DNA from: a virus
IMG/VR virus record: IMGVR_UViG_3300036900_000315
Location: 2,595-66,594 of that record
Reading direction: 5' to 3' (one strand)
DNA: 64,000 nucleotides
Made by a program: the position numbers and the translations under genes. Positions 18,195 to 26,630 of the stretch are shown piece by piece. The notes beneath the pieces are model-generated. The model saw nothing but the letters and a program-made list of their open reading frames with translations. It ran no database searches and was not told the origin of the DNA. Position 1 is the first letter of the stretch. Each line of letters starts with the position of its first letter.

Positions 18195-18427
18195 TTGGCG
18201 GGGGATTTAGGGGCGCGCAAAAAGGTAGGGTACAAGCCGGTGGTATTGCGCACTCGCGCAAAATGGGTGTTTCGCGCAGCACGCTATGTTCACTTATCGT
18301 GCGTTCGAAGGGCGAGCGACCTGGCTTGGGCACCTCCCCCGAGATTTACCCCAACCAAGCCGCCGTAAGGGACATTCGACAAGGGAAAGTGTACCGCGCC
18401 CGGGGAGCAGTCAATTAGAATTGACCG

Positions 18428-18622
18428 ATGGGAACCCCGGATCCGCTCAACGACGAACGCCTCGACCGCGCGGAGATCGACTTCATCAAACGAGTGATTG
18501 TGGCAGTAGGTAAGGACGTCGAAGATCCGAAAACGTTCGACTACTACTTGCGGGGCTACATCCGGATGCGGGCTCTCATGCGCTTTGCTGCGCCGGTTAC
18601 ACCGGTGGGGGAGCCGAACTGA
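18428..18622 (+). CDS. Hypothetical protein
   Basis: 64-aa ORF directly after the palindrome GTCAATTAGAATTGAC. Confidence 0.5.
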   Translation: MGTPDPLNDERLDRAEIDFIKRVIVAVGKDVEDPKTFDYYLRGYIRMRALMRFAAPVTPVGEPN

Positions 18623-18670
18623 TAGCGCGTTTTCCGTTGCTGCTTCATTGCCGGGTTGTGGCCATTGTGG

Positions 18671-19360
18671 CTACTTCATCCTCACCAGCCGGAAGCCGTC
18701 AGAGTCGGCTTCGAGGTGCCAGCCTGGACCAATCTTCTGCTTTGGCAGCGACTGGGCTGCCGAGGCGTTGTTGTCGGCGCTGTCGGGGATGTAGCCGTTA
18801 TCGGGGCTGTAGCCGTCCTTAAAGTACGGACCGGGTGCGCTGTGGATAACAGAGGGGGCCGGTGGCGCCCATTTGATACCGGAGACCTTGGGCATTGCCG
18901 GGTACATGCCGTGGGCCTCGCAATCGGCCTTGCTGAGGTTGTCGCGGGTGAACGCAGCGGAGAAACTCTTCGCATCCATTGCCTGAACGTGGATATTGAC
19001 GGACGCGCCGGCGTATTTCGCGACGATTGCCCGTGCTTCGTTGAGTTCCACGCGCAGTCCTTCCTCACTCTTGGCGCGTATGTGGCACTCGTCATTGGCT
19101 TGTCCGAGGCGTTTCTCGAGATAGTCCCGTTGCTCAATCACAGCCTTGAGCTGGGTTCTGAAGTTGCCGGCATCGAGCAGGGAGGCCCGCAGCTCTGCGT
19201 CGAGCTTATTGCGTTCCGGTACAACCCGGGCTACAATCTCACGGTTTGCCTCGAGGCATGCAGAAAGCTCGATCGCTCGGTCTTTGTAGACTTTGCTTTG
19301 TTGTTCGGCGTTCTGCCACAGCTCGTAGTAGATTCCGTTAAGTTCCATTTCGTTTACCAT
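18671..19360 (-). CDS. Coiled-coil hypothetical protein
   Basis: Coupled to the recombinase; N-terminal heptads. Confidence 0.65.
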   Translation of the reverse strand: MVNEMELNGIYYELWQNAEQQSKVYKDRAIELSACLEANREIVARVVPERNKLDAELRASLLDAGNFRTQLKAVIEQRDYLEKRLGQANDECHIRAKSEEGLRVELNEARAIVAKYAGASVNIHVQAMDAKSFSAAFTRDNLSKADCEAHGMYPAMPKVSGIKWAPPAPSVIHSAPGPYFKDGYSPDNGYIPDSADNNASAAQSLPKQKIGPGWHLEADSDGFRLVRMK

Positions 19361-20049
19361 TCCCCTTTTAGCTTTTCGTCTTTCCGTCTGCGCTTGCTGT
19401 TTGTGACCTTGGCGTAGATGGATGTACTTCTGATGTCCTGGTGGCCCACGTGGTCCTGGATCTCTTCAATGGGCACGTCGCGCTCCATCAGCGAGGTTGC
19501 GCACGAATGCCGCAGACAGTGGAAGTGCTGTTTCTCAACCGGCAGATCAGCCTTGCGCCCGTACTTCTTCATCAATTTGTCCAGCATGAAGCGGCCGATT
19601 CCCGCCGTCCCTTGCCGGGAGATAAATAGTGGACCTGGCCGGGCCACCCGTTTGCGAAGGTAGGCCCGCAGTGCCTTTGCCTCGCGATCGGTGACCAGGT
19701 ATTCGCCGCTGATGCCGTTCTTCAACCGGGTGACGTAGAGCCGCTGCTGGTTCGCGCGCCAGTGTCCGAATTGGACCAGCGCAACTTCAGAGGCACGGAG
19801 ACCACGGTGATAGGAGACCTCGAAGATTGCAATATCGCGCACGCTGCCGGCGCCGCGCACGGCTGCGAATAGCCGGGTGAGCTCTTCCTCGGTCAGATAC
19901 TTGATCGATTGATTTTTTTTTCGCGGCCGCCGAGATGTTGGAGGGGGGGTGGCGCCGCCCGGGTCCGGCCAGCCGTCGCGGGCGTTGCGTCTGGCAATCA
20001 ACTGCTCGAAGAGGGCCTTATCGGCCTCGTCGAGGGTCTCATAACTCAT
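19354..20049 (-). CDS. FimB/FimE-like (catalytic-domain-only) tyrosine recombinase
   Basis: GLRASE, RLKNG, HCLRHS, GHQDIRSTSIY: complete R-K-HxxR-H-Y set; no N-terminal arm-binding domain. Confidence 0.92.
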   Translation of the reverse strand: MSYETLDEADKALFEQLIARRNARDGWPDPGGATPPPTSRRPRKKNQSIKYLTEEELTRLFAAVRGAGSVRDIAIFEVSYHRGLRASEVALVQFGHWRANQQRLYVTRLKNGISGEYLVTDREAKALRAYLRKRVARPGPLFISRQGTAGIGRFMLDKLMKKYGRKADLPVEKQHFHCLRHSCATSLMERDVPIEEIQDHVGHQDIRSTSIYAKVTNSKRRRKDEKLKGEW

Positions 20050-20070
20050 TTAGAATCAGCCTTCCGGGAC

Positions 20071-20132
20071 TTCCACAGAATACTGATTTTGTTGATCTCA
20101 GCAGCCTGCTTTTACGTGGAATCAACGACTTA
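20071..20132. promoter_or_regulatory. Candidate recombinase core site with adjacent IHF-consensus site
   Basis: TTCCACAGAA-tactga-TTTTGTTGAT imperfect inverted repeat; AATCAAcgacTTA at 20120-20132. Confidence 0.5.
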
Positions 20133-20266
20133 CGGGTAGGTTCTGGAGGGAGAAAAGCGTAGTTCTGTTGATCTGGTCCCAAACTACATAATCGGGATCT
20201 GGCGGGAAAAGGTGCCAAACCATCAGGCGCCGGGCTACAGTTCGCCTGCGGGTTGGGTGGTGGTGA

Positions 20267-20503
20267 CTAGTACGGATCGACGCGATCGCTGTTGGTCGTG
20301 CCATTTGCCCAGGCGTAAACCCGATACGTCCGGTGCTCTCTTTCGTCCATCGGATCGGCTGGACTCATGGTGCCGTTGAAGTCGACGGTGAATCCCATAC
20401 ACTCCGCTGGGCAGCCGGCACTGGGACGGTGGATTATTCCATTCGTCGACTCAACCCGCTCGCATCCCGCGAGCCCGATCGCGAGCAGTAGTATCCGGAT
20501 CAT
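20267..20503 (-). CDS. Small lipoprotein
   Basis: MIRILLLAIGLAG|C lipobox. Confidence 0.65.
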   Translation of the reverse strand: MIRILLLAIGLAGCERVESTNGIIHRPSAGCPAECMGFTVDFNGTMSPADPMDEREHRTYRVYAWANGTTNSDRVDPY

Positions 20504-20512
20504 CCCCCAAGC

Positions 20513-20719
20513 TTAACGCTCAGACGGTATCGGGCGAAGCTGCGCTATCGGGCGCCCTGCCTTGGGTCGAGACTTGGCGCGATCGACGTCGGCCGGACTG
20601 ACGAGGTGATCCCGTCCGATGCGCGTGGTCCGCAGTTTGCCGCGTTCGATCATCTTTTGCACGCCGCGGAGGGAGATGCCGAGCTCGTCGGCGGCTTGGG
20701 TGGTGGTGAGCAGGGTCAT
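20513..20719 (-). CDS. Excisionase-like HTH regulator
   Basis: MTLLTTTQAADELGISLRGVQKMIERGKLRTTRIGRDHLV...KAGRP. Confidence 0.85.
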   Translation of the reverse strand: MTLLTTTQAADELGISLRGVQKMIERGKLRTTRIGRDHLVSPADVDRAKSRPKAGRPIAQLRPIPSER

Positions 20720-20949
20720 GTCCACAGCTCCCGGTATCCCTTGCGGGGTCGCACTGCGCAGCCATAGACACCCGCTCCAGCACCAGCCAAATCCACTATC
20801 TCGGTATTTCCGGGCCGTCGCAGTTCTTCCGCTCGACGTACGCACATTTCGCGAGTCCCCGTGTAGATTTGGGTATTATGCTCCGGGTTGTCGCACAGCG
20901 CCACGACCGCGTAATCGTGGATGGTTTCGGAATACTGCTTCGCGGCCAT
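20716..20949 (-). CDS. Hypothetical protein
   Basis: TAATG/ATGA coupling. Confidence 0.6.
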   Translation of the reverse strand: MAAKQYSETIHDYAVVALCDNPEHNTQIYTGTREMCVRRAEELRRPGNTEIVDLAGAGAGVYGCAVRPRKGYRELWT

Positions 20950-21269
20950 TAATCGAACCATCCTTTGCGTTCTTTCATCGCCGCCTTGAGCGCTTCCATA
21001 GCGGCTTCGCGGGTCGGATAAACCGTGTCGCCCAGATCGTCCGAGGGGCCGTCCGCGTCGTCGCTGGTATACAACACATAGCCGATGGCGTCATTGCCGC
21101 GAATGGCCACGTCGATCACGCATGTTTTCTCTACTATGACTTGCTCGCCATCTTCTCCGGGATCGCCGAAGACATCGTATGGCTCGCTTGTGTAATGGGC
21201 GATCTTTTCGGCGAAATCAGACTCGCTGACAACCTCGGAATGGCTGAGGGTTGCTGTGTTGTTTTCCAT
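20949..21269 (-). CDS. Small acidic protein
   Basis: About 24 D/E vs 8 K/R in 106 aa; start 6 nt after the -10 box. Confidence 0.7.
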   Translation of the reverse strand: MENNTATLSHSEVVSESDFAEKIAHYTSEPYDVFGDPGEDGEQVIVEKTCVIDVAIRGNDAIGYVLYTSDDADGPSDDLGDTVYPTREAAMEALKAAMKERKGWFD

Positions 21270-21275
21270 GTCTTA

Positions 21276-21305
21276 ATTGTACGCTACGACGTACGCGGTT
21301 TGCAA
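21276..21305 (-). promoter_or_regulatory. Sigma-70 promoter with palindromic operator
   Basis: TTGCAA-N18-TACAAT; GTACG-N6-CGTAC at 21279-21294. Confidence 0.7.
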
Positions 21306-21308
21306 GCG

Positions 21309-21349
21309 AAAAAGCGCGAACCCGCGAAAATAAATCACGAGCCCGCGCC
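21309..21349 (-). terminator. Intrinsic terminator
   Basis: GCGCGGGCTCGTGA...TCGCGGGTTCGCGC stem (G-U pairs work on - strand) followed by TTTTT. Confidence 0.6.
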
Positions 21350-21581
21350 GCATTACATCAGCCTCCAAAGAATCCACGCGAGCGCGCAGCATAACGCGAT
21401 GAGCCCGGGTCCGGCGGGCTTCGGATCACCGCCGCCCCAGAGCATCATTTGCCACCGCCCTTCAGCAGCCGGGCTTCCCTCGCCTTGCGAGCCTTCCGTG
21501 AGTACCACGCCCTCCGAATTGCGATGATGGCTGCGCGCACGACAGGTATCCGCTGCCGGCGAAGATAGTGATAGTCAGCCA

Positions 21582-21833
21582 TCACGAAGTGCCTCCAAAG
21601 CCGTGGTGAAGCGCCCACAGTACCAACTCCGCGCGGTGCTTTACTTCGAGCTTTTTGTAGATAGAGTACATCTGGACTCTGACCGTGTGGATCGAGACTG
21701 TGCGTGCGTCGGCTGCCTGGCGTGTAGTCTTGCCGGCCACTATCAGCCGGAGAACGTCGAGTTCTGCGTCGCTCAGTGCTGAGATACCGATGCGGGGTGC
21801 TACCGCGGCGGGGTCCATCACGAAGGCAGTCAT
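21582..21833 (-). CDS. LuxR/GerE-type HTH protein
   Basis: LSDAELDVLRLIVAGKTTRQAADARTVSIHTVRVQMYSIYKKLEVKHRAELV. Confidence 0.85.
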   Translation of the reverse strand: MTAFVMDPAAVAPRIGISALSDAELDVLRLIVAGKTTRQAADARTVSIHTVRVQMYSIYKKLEVKHRAELVLWALHHGFGGTS

Positions 21834-22030
21834 CGGCGCACCGCCTTTTTCTGGGTGACTACGATGGTGGCGCCGAGGACCTGGGGTATCTCGCCCATGC
21901 GGGATAGCTGGTGGTTTGAGATGGTAGATCGGAGGTAGCCGAGGCCTCCACACTTGCGGCAGTGGTTCGGCTGGGAGTCTGATTGTTTGATGCAGGCCGG
22001 GCAGGGGAGTTGGATGTTGAGCATGATCAT
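21830..22030 (-). CDS. CxxC...CxxCGGxG zinc-finger protein, copy B
   Basis: CPAC...CRKCGGLG; GGAG upstream. Confidence 0.65.
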   Translation of the reverse strand: MIMLNIQLPCPACIKQSDSQPNHCRKCGGLGYLRSTISNHQLSRMGEIPQVLGATIVVTQKKAVRR

Positions 22031-22699
22031 CGCTTCTCCTTCTTTCGGGGCCATGGGCGCACTACGTAGCCCGGTTCGACCATGCCGCCATGAATGAGTT
22101 CCGTGTCATATTGTTCGCGATTCGCCAGCGCGTTCCGGCCGGCTTCCGTTATCTGGATAGAGCGAGCACAGCGCTCCTCAGACCAATCGCCACGTACCCA
22201 CCAATCCTTGTGCGAGTCCAGCCAGTGGAAAAACTCATTGCTTCCAATCAATCCGAAAACGTAAACACCATCCCCATCCTTATGGCGTTTGTACTTATCC
22301 CAGGGGCATATCCAGACGATCCCTTCCCGAGCAACCCGCTCCATGAACTCCCATTGGCTGTCACGCTCCTTACGCGCGAACATCCTGGACTGTCGATCCG
22401 TGAGTCTTTTCGGTTTCACGGCTTCTCCTTCACAGGCACACACGCATCGAGCGCCACGCATCCCGATCCCGATTCATCCTCGAGAAACACGACTGCCGTA
22501 TGGTTGGCGTAAGCGCCGCGCGACTTTACCGTGACGGTGGCGCCCAATACTTGGGGTATCTCGCCCATGCGGGATAGCTGGTATTTCGAGATGGTGGAGC
22601 GGAGATACCCGAGGCCTCCGCATTTGCGGCAGTGGTTCGGCTGGGAGTCTGATTGTTTGATGCAGGCAGGGCAGGGGATCTGGATGTTGAGCATGATCA
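21866..22699. repeat. 164-bp direct repeat (21866-22029 and 22536-22699)
   Basis: 148/164 identical by hand count; differences mostly synonymous. Confidence 0.9.
22027..22419 (-). CDS. Hypothetical protein between the repeats
   Basis: GTG start in GTGA overlap; AAGGAG upstream. Confidence 0.65.
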   Translation of the reverse strand: MKPKRLTDRQSRMFARKERDSQWEFMERVAREGIVWICPWDKYKRHKDGDGVYVFGLIGSNEFFHWLDSHKDWWVRGDWSEERCARSIQITEAGRNALANREQYDTELIHGGMVEPGYVVRPWPRKKEKR

Positions 22700-22700
22700 C
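22416..22700 (-). CDS. Zinc-finger protein, copy A with a different C-terminus
   Basis: Near-identical first 55 aa to copy B, then unrelated tail. Confidence 0.6.
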   Translation of the reverse strand: MIMLNIQIPCPACIKQSDSQPNHCRKCGGLGYLRSTISKYQLSRMGEIPQVLGATVTVKSRGAYANHTAVVFLEDESGSGCVALDACVPVKEKP

Positions 22701-22703
22701 GGG

Positions 22704-23330
22704 CTATTTCCTCCCCAGTGAAGTTTTGTCCGTGATCAGTTTTGCGCCGGCAACCGTTCCCGCCTCGAGGGCGCCCTTCAGCGCCCGTTTGTCGACGTCG
22801 ACCGAAAACCCACCCGGGCCCGCGGCCGCGATCGCGGTGTCGAGCAGCTCGGGGTCGAGTGCGCGGAACAGGGTATCCATGAGCGGCGCCGGCAGGGTGA
22901 CTGTGGTGCGTTTGAAGTTGAGCGGTACCGCTGCCTCGTCGGTAATCTCGACCGATGCCGGGCAGGCGCGGAGGAACATCGTGGTGGTGTTTCCTTCGAG
23001 CTTCTTGAATTTGCCTTTGGCGTCCCTGCCCATGGCGTCGATGCAATACGTGACGTAGTTCTCAAGCCGGGCCTGGTCTGCCTCCTTGGCCTTCTTGAAT
23101 TCCTGCAGGCGCTTGATTTCCGCGGCCGCGAAGGCTTGCTGGTTTTCGAGTTTGGCGATCATGCCGGCGACGCGATCGCGTTTGTCGACGGCGCCGGATA
23201 GAGCGGCCTTGAACTCGACCAGGAACTGTTGCTCCTGGTCGGGGGTTACCGTCTCGACCGAATTAGTCAGAGCTTCGAGACGCTCCTCAAGGTCGAAGAG
23301 CGTCTGCGGTACGAGGGCTATTGCCGCCAT
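22704..23330 (-). CDS. Siphovirus Gp157-family protein
   Basis: TLFDL...DKRDRVAGMI...AEIKRLQEFKKAKE...SVEITDEAAVP...VDKRALKGALEAGTVAGAKL. Confidence 0.85.
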   Translation of the reverse strand: MAAIALVPQTLFDLEERLEALTNSVETVTPDQEQQFLVEFKAALSGAVDKRDRVAGMIAKLENQQAFAAAEIKRLQEFKKAKEADQARLENYVTYCIDAMGRDAKGKFKKLEGNTTTMFLRACPASVEITDEAAVPLNFKRTTVTLPAPLMDTLFRALDPELLDTAIAAAGPGGFSVDVDKRALKGALEAGTVAGAKLITDKTSLGRK

Positions 23331-24085
23331 GGTTGAGCACCCCCGTTAGTTTTCTGGGCGCTCACGAAGGCGGGATCTTTCGAGAGCTGAATGAAAATCG
23401 TGTTGCTAATGGCCCTGATATCTTCTGAGTCGAACTCGAGTTCCATGCCTTTGCTGTGGGCGTAGCGTTCAGCTTCCTGGGTGGCGTCGATCGATGCGCA
23501 GAGAGCCGATGCCATGATGCGGCTGATGACGGTATGAGCGATCGGCGCGCTAACATTGGAGGTGTTTGGAGTGCTCTGTGGTGTTGAAGACTGCTGAGTG
23601 CTTTGCGGCCGGGCGGGCGTCTCTAGCGCACGCTCGGCTTTACGCTGGTTGACCTGATTGATCGAGGTTGTAAGCTTCCGCTCGATCGGTGTCGAGTCGA
23701 TCGAAGTGGGAAGCGCATCGAAGGGCGTAACCTGGCCGTTTTCGTCCGGGTAGCGGCGGGGGTCGAGCGCGGGCTCCGAAGCATCCGATAACTTCCGGAC
23801 GTCGTAATACTCAGCTCCTGCCGCCGTCTTGCGGAATTGGATCCGGAAGAGTTCGTTCAGGCCGATACCCTGGTCGGTGAAAATCTGCCCGCACTCTGCA
23901 GGAAGATAAACCTTTGCCTCAGTCGAGCCGTCCTCCGTAAATTGGGCAACGTTGCCTCCGCCCAACGTGCAGAGGATCTGGTCATCATCACCGGGCCAGC
24001 GGTGCTTCGCGGGTTCAAAGCGCACGGCGCGCATCAGTTGGCCATCGACCGGTTTTTTTAGCTTCTTCAGATTCAATATCGCCAT
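23318..24085 (-). CDS. Hypothetical protein, possible ssDNA-binding/recombination protein
   Basis: Adjacent to Gp157; beta-rich N-domain, disordered linker, helical C-domain; AGGAG upstream. Confidence 0.6.
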   Translation of the reverse strand: MAILNLKKLKKPVDGQLMRAVRFEPAKHRWPGDDDQILCTLGGGNVAQFTEDGSTEAKVYLPAECGQIFTDQGIGLNELFRIQFRKTAAGAEYYDVRKLSDASEPALDPRRYPDENGQVTPFDALPTSIDSTPIERKLTTSINQVNQRKAERALETPARPQSTQQSSTPQSTPNTSNVSAPIAHTVISRIMASALCASIDATQEAERYAHSKGMELEFDSEDIRAISNTIFIQLSKDPAFVSAQKTNGGAQPWRQ

Positions 24086-24097
24086 CGTCTTTTTCTC

Positions 24098-24271
24098 CTA
24101 TGCGGTCTTCTTCTGGGTTTGAACTACGTTCATAATCGGCATCGGCGTTACCGCGAAGTAAGTGCCGCGCCTGGTCACCCGCTCGATGTCGGGCTCTTCA
24201 TCCGGCTCCGGTTCGTCTCTTTGATCGAAGTCGTCGTAACCGGTTTCGGGGTCTATTCTTGAAAGCTTCAT
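24098..24271 (-). CDS. Small acidic protein (57 aa)
   Basis: Hand-translated MKLSRIDPETGYDDFDQRDEPEPDEEPDIE...; GAGG upstream; first gene after a promoter. Confidence 0.55.
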   Translation of the reverse strand: MKLSRIDPETGYDDFDQRDEPEPDEEPDIERVTRRGTYFAVTPMPIMNVVQTQKKTA

Positions 24272-24294
24272 TGCTGCCTCTCTAGTACCCCTTC

Positions 24295-24368
24295 ATTATC
24301 ACCTGAAGGGGGGTTAAGGTGCAAGATAAATCTGCACCTGGTGAACATATTTCTCAACGGGGGTTAAG
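24295..24368 (-). promoter_or_regulatory. Leftward sigma-70 promoter with repeated operator
   Basis: TTGCAC-N18-GATAAT (24324-24295); GGGGGTTAAG at 24309 and 24359. Confidence 0.6.
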
Positions 24369-24379
24369 ATGGGTTGAGA

Positions 24380-24592
24380 ATGGGCAAAGGACGATTTAAG
24401 GGACAGCTTCCCGACGAGCTAGTTGCGTTCTTCCGGAATGCCGGCAAGAAAGGCGGAAAGCTGAGTGCTGCCGCGCGAATGGAGAAACTGACTCCCGAAC
24501 AGCGCAGTGCGATCGCGAAGAAGGCGTCGGCGGCCGCGGCTGAGAAACGGAGCCAGGCGGCGGCGGAGCGGAAGGCGAAGGAGCGAAAATGA
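24380..24592 (+). CDS. Small basic helical protein (GKKGG...LTPEQRSAIAKKA type)
   Basis: Divergent from the promoter; Lys/Arg/Ala-rich. Confidence 0.7.
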   Translation: MGKGRFKGQLPDELVAFFRNAGKKGGKLSAAARMEKLTPEQRSAIAKKASAAAAEKRSQAAAERKAKERK

Positions 24593-24932
24593 GCGAACAA
24601 GATCAGGATGCGGTAATCGGTCGACTGGTGAAAGAGCGGGCAGATGTTCGCCGCCAGCTTGCGCTGCTGAGAGAGGATATCCGGGACAGGGGAAGAGTCC
24701 TGCAGGAAACGGGTAACCGTCTCTCGCAGAGTACTCCCGATGAATCGAGCCTCCAAACCGGCATTGGGATGTTGGGGCAACTCGAAGCGAGCAATGCGAT
24801 TTCGCGCCTGAAAGCAGCGGTCGAAGATTGCCACCGGCTCACTGTGCGCGATCGCGAGATCAACACGGCACTCAAAAACGCCGGCATTGAATAGCCAGGC
24901 GGCGGCGGAGCGGAAGGCCAAGGAGCGAAAAT
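24551..24932. repeat. 40-bp direct repeat (24551-24590 and 24893-24932)
   Basis: AGCCAGGCGGCGGCGGAGCGGAAGGC(G/C)AAGGAGCGAAAAT, 39/40 identical. Confidence 0.92.
24589..24894 (+). CDS. Helical hypothetical protein between the repeats
   Basis: ATGA overlap; AAGGAG supplied by the repeat. Confidence 0.7.
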   Translation: MSEQDQDAVIGRLVKERADVRRQLALLREDIRDRGRVLQETGNRLSQSTPDESSLQTGIGMLGQLEASNAISRLKAAVEDCHRLTVRDREINTALKNAGIE

Positions 24933-24936
24933 AATC

Positions 24937-25209
24937 GTGGCCGAGAATCGAAACGAAGAGTTCGACGAGCGACTTGCAGGGCTCGAAAGGAACGTGTCCA
25001 AGCTGGCTAAGATGTTCCTGGAAATGAACGCGTCGCTGAATTCCCTGAAGATCTATCTCGCTGAGAACAAAATTATGGACGGGCCAAACTTCACCGCCTG
25101 GAACGAAAAAGCGGTCGCGGAAACTATGGAGACGATGAAGCGGGAGAATCCGGAACTGTTTGCAGAATTCGAATGGTTTGACGATTCTGAGAACGAGCCG
25201 CGTCAGTGA
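24937..25209 (+). CDS. Acidic hypothetical protein
   Basis: GTG start after the second repeat copy. Confidence 0.6.
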   Translation: MAENRNEEFDERLAGLERNVSKLAKMFLEMNASLNSLKIYLAENKIMDGPNFTAWNEKAVAETMETMKRENPELFAEFEWFDDSENEPRQ

Positions 25210-25402
25210 CGGCATCGAGCAGTTCCTTCGAACCACGTAGCTTCGCCCGAATTTGCTTCCTTGATTCGTAAAGCGCTGAGACTGCGGTAGCGGCGAGATT
25301 GCCGGCGCGATTCCACTTGGCCTGCTCCGCTTCGATCGCGTCCAGCCGTCGTTCGATCGCGTCCAGGCGTGGATCGCGCTTAGCGGGCTGTTGAGCGTCC
25401 AT
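25124..25402 (-). CDS. Hypothetical protein
   Basis: GAGGT upstream; overlaps the convergent gene. Confidence 0.5.
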   Translation of the reverse strand: MDAQQPAKRDPRLDAIERRLDAIEAEQAKWNRAGNLAATAVSALYESRKQIRAKLRGSKELLDAVTDAARSQNRQTIRILQTVPDSPASSSP

Positions 25403-25409
25403 ACCTCAA

Positions 25410-25766
25410 TCATAGCTGCGTTTCCGCATCAAACCGCCGGTTGAAATCGGCGATCAGTTCAAAGCGATCGAGCCCGAAGTGCGACCAGAACCTTTTCCCC
25501 AACACGTGATGCGAGTGCGGCCCCGCCGTGTGATGTTCGATGCAGAGCGGTAAACACTGCCTGTCCGGACACCGTTGTCCGAGGCCTCGCTCCCCAACAT
25601 GAGCAGCCTCGATCGTGAGAAATGTAAACCGGTAGCTTAGGATCCTCATCGCCTCGCACACGACACAAGGCTGCTTCCGGATCCACATCTTGTAGGGCTC
25701 GTCGACCTCGGTACCGCGGCGTGGTGGACCGCGCCTGACGCGCCGAATTGGGGTCCTGGTGGTCAT
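25410..25766 (-). CDS. DUF968-like HNH-type nuclease
   Basis: WIRKQPCVVC...EAAHVG...D...LPLCIEHH...HVLGKRFW. Confidence 0.8.
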   Translation of the reverse strand: MTTRTPIRRVRRGPPRRGTEVDEPYKMWIRKQPCVVCEAMRILSYRFTFLTIEAAHVGERGLGQRCPDRQCLPLCIEHHTAGPHSHHVLGKRFWSHFGLDRFELIADFNRRFDAETQL

Positions 25767-26149
25767 GAGGCGTCGTCCTCAAACATCTCGAACAGCGCCG
25801 CCACAGCCTCTTCACGGCTACGTCCATATCCATAGAAGCCGCGCTCCTCCATGCCGTCCTCATACGCGCACCAGTCGAAATTGCAAGTGGGAATCGGCGG
25901 TGGGTCGTAGTGCACCTGGATGCAGGCGGGACGCTGATAGATTTTCGACTGCCGGCCGCACAGGCGGAAGTTGAGAGCCTCGACGGGAGAGATCACACCC
26001 ATGCTCCCCCGTCCATCCGAAACGATTGATACGCCGGACTTCCAGAAGGATTCCGGGTAGCGCCGGCTGTGGAGATTGGTGTGGCAGCGCAGGCACGCTT
26101 GCTCATCTCCCATTGGAGCGGATGCGATGTGAACTTTTCGGTTTGCCAT
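25763..26149 (-). CDS. Hypothetical protein
   Basis: Coupled; CLRC motif; DPPPIP...GYGRSREEA segment. Confidence 0.65.
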   Translation of the reverse strand: MANRKVHIASAPMGDEQACLRCHTNLHSRRYPESFWKSGVSIVSDGRGSMGVISPVEALNFRLCGRQSKIYQRPACIQVHYDPPPIPTCNFDWCAYEDGMEERGFYGYGRSREEAVAALFEMFEDDAS

Positions 26150-26151
26150 GA

Positions 26152-26478
26152 TTAGGCCACCTTCTTTCGCGGAATCTCGATCGGGCTGACGTCGCAGAAC
26201 TCGACCACTGGGCCTGGCGTATGCTCGTCGATGGGTTCCCAGGTCCGGGGGTAGGAGATCATCGGCGTGTTCTCTACCGTGCTCCCGATTGGCCCCGCGT
26301 CGTCCTGCATCCAGGCCGGGAATTGGGCGCGGATGAGTTCGCCCTTGGTCTCGCGGGGCGTCGATTCTATTGTGACGTCCTCCATATTCATGGCTTCCCA
26401 GGAGACTTCGGCCACTTCGCGCGCCGCTTCGTCCATCTGGTAATCGCTCTCGTCGTAGTCGGATGTGTAAGTCATCAT
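26152..26478 (-). CDS. Acidic hypothetical protein
   Basis: First gene after a near-consensus promoter; D/E-rich. Confidence 0.65.
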   Translation of the reverse strand: MMTYTSDYDESDYQMDEAAREVAEVSWEAMNMEDVTIESTPRETKGELIRAQFPAWMQDDAGPIGSTVENTPMISYPRTWEPIDEHTPGPVVEFCDVSPIEIPRKKVA

Positions 26479-26558
26479 TGGGTGGCCTTTTATTGAGGTT
26501 TCGGCTGCTTCTTAGTAAGGGCGTTTAGTACGTTTGCCTAATTGCGCCCCATGAATCA

Positions 26559-26630
26559 ATAGTATATGATGATGAGCATGGAGTCAATAGGAAAAGCAGG
26601 CGATGAACGAGAAAAAGTATATGATGTTGA
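26559..26630 (-). promoter_or_regulatory. Leftward sigma-70 promoter with repeated operator
   Basis: TTGACT-N17-TACTAT (26587-26559); AGTATATGATG(A/T)TGA twice (about 26561 and 26617). Confidence 0.7.

Noticed and set aside
21866-22699. DGR template/variable repeat pair
   Set aside because: Mismatches are not adenine-specific and are mostly synonymous; no reverse transcriptase in the window
24364-25413. 349-aa - strand ORF with an internal repeat
   Set aside because: Shadow of three + strand genes; its repeat is just the 40-bp DNA repeat
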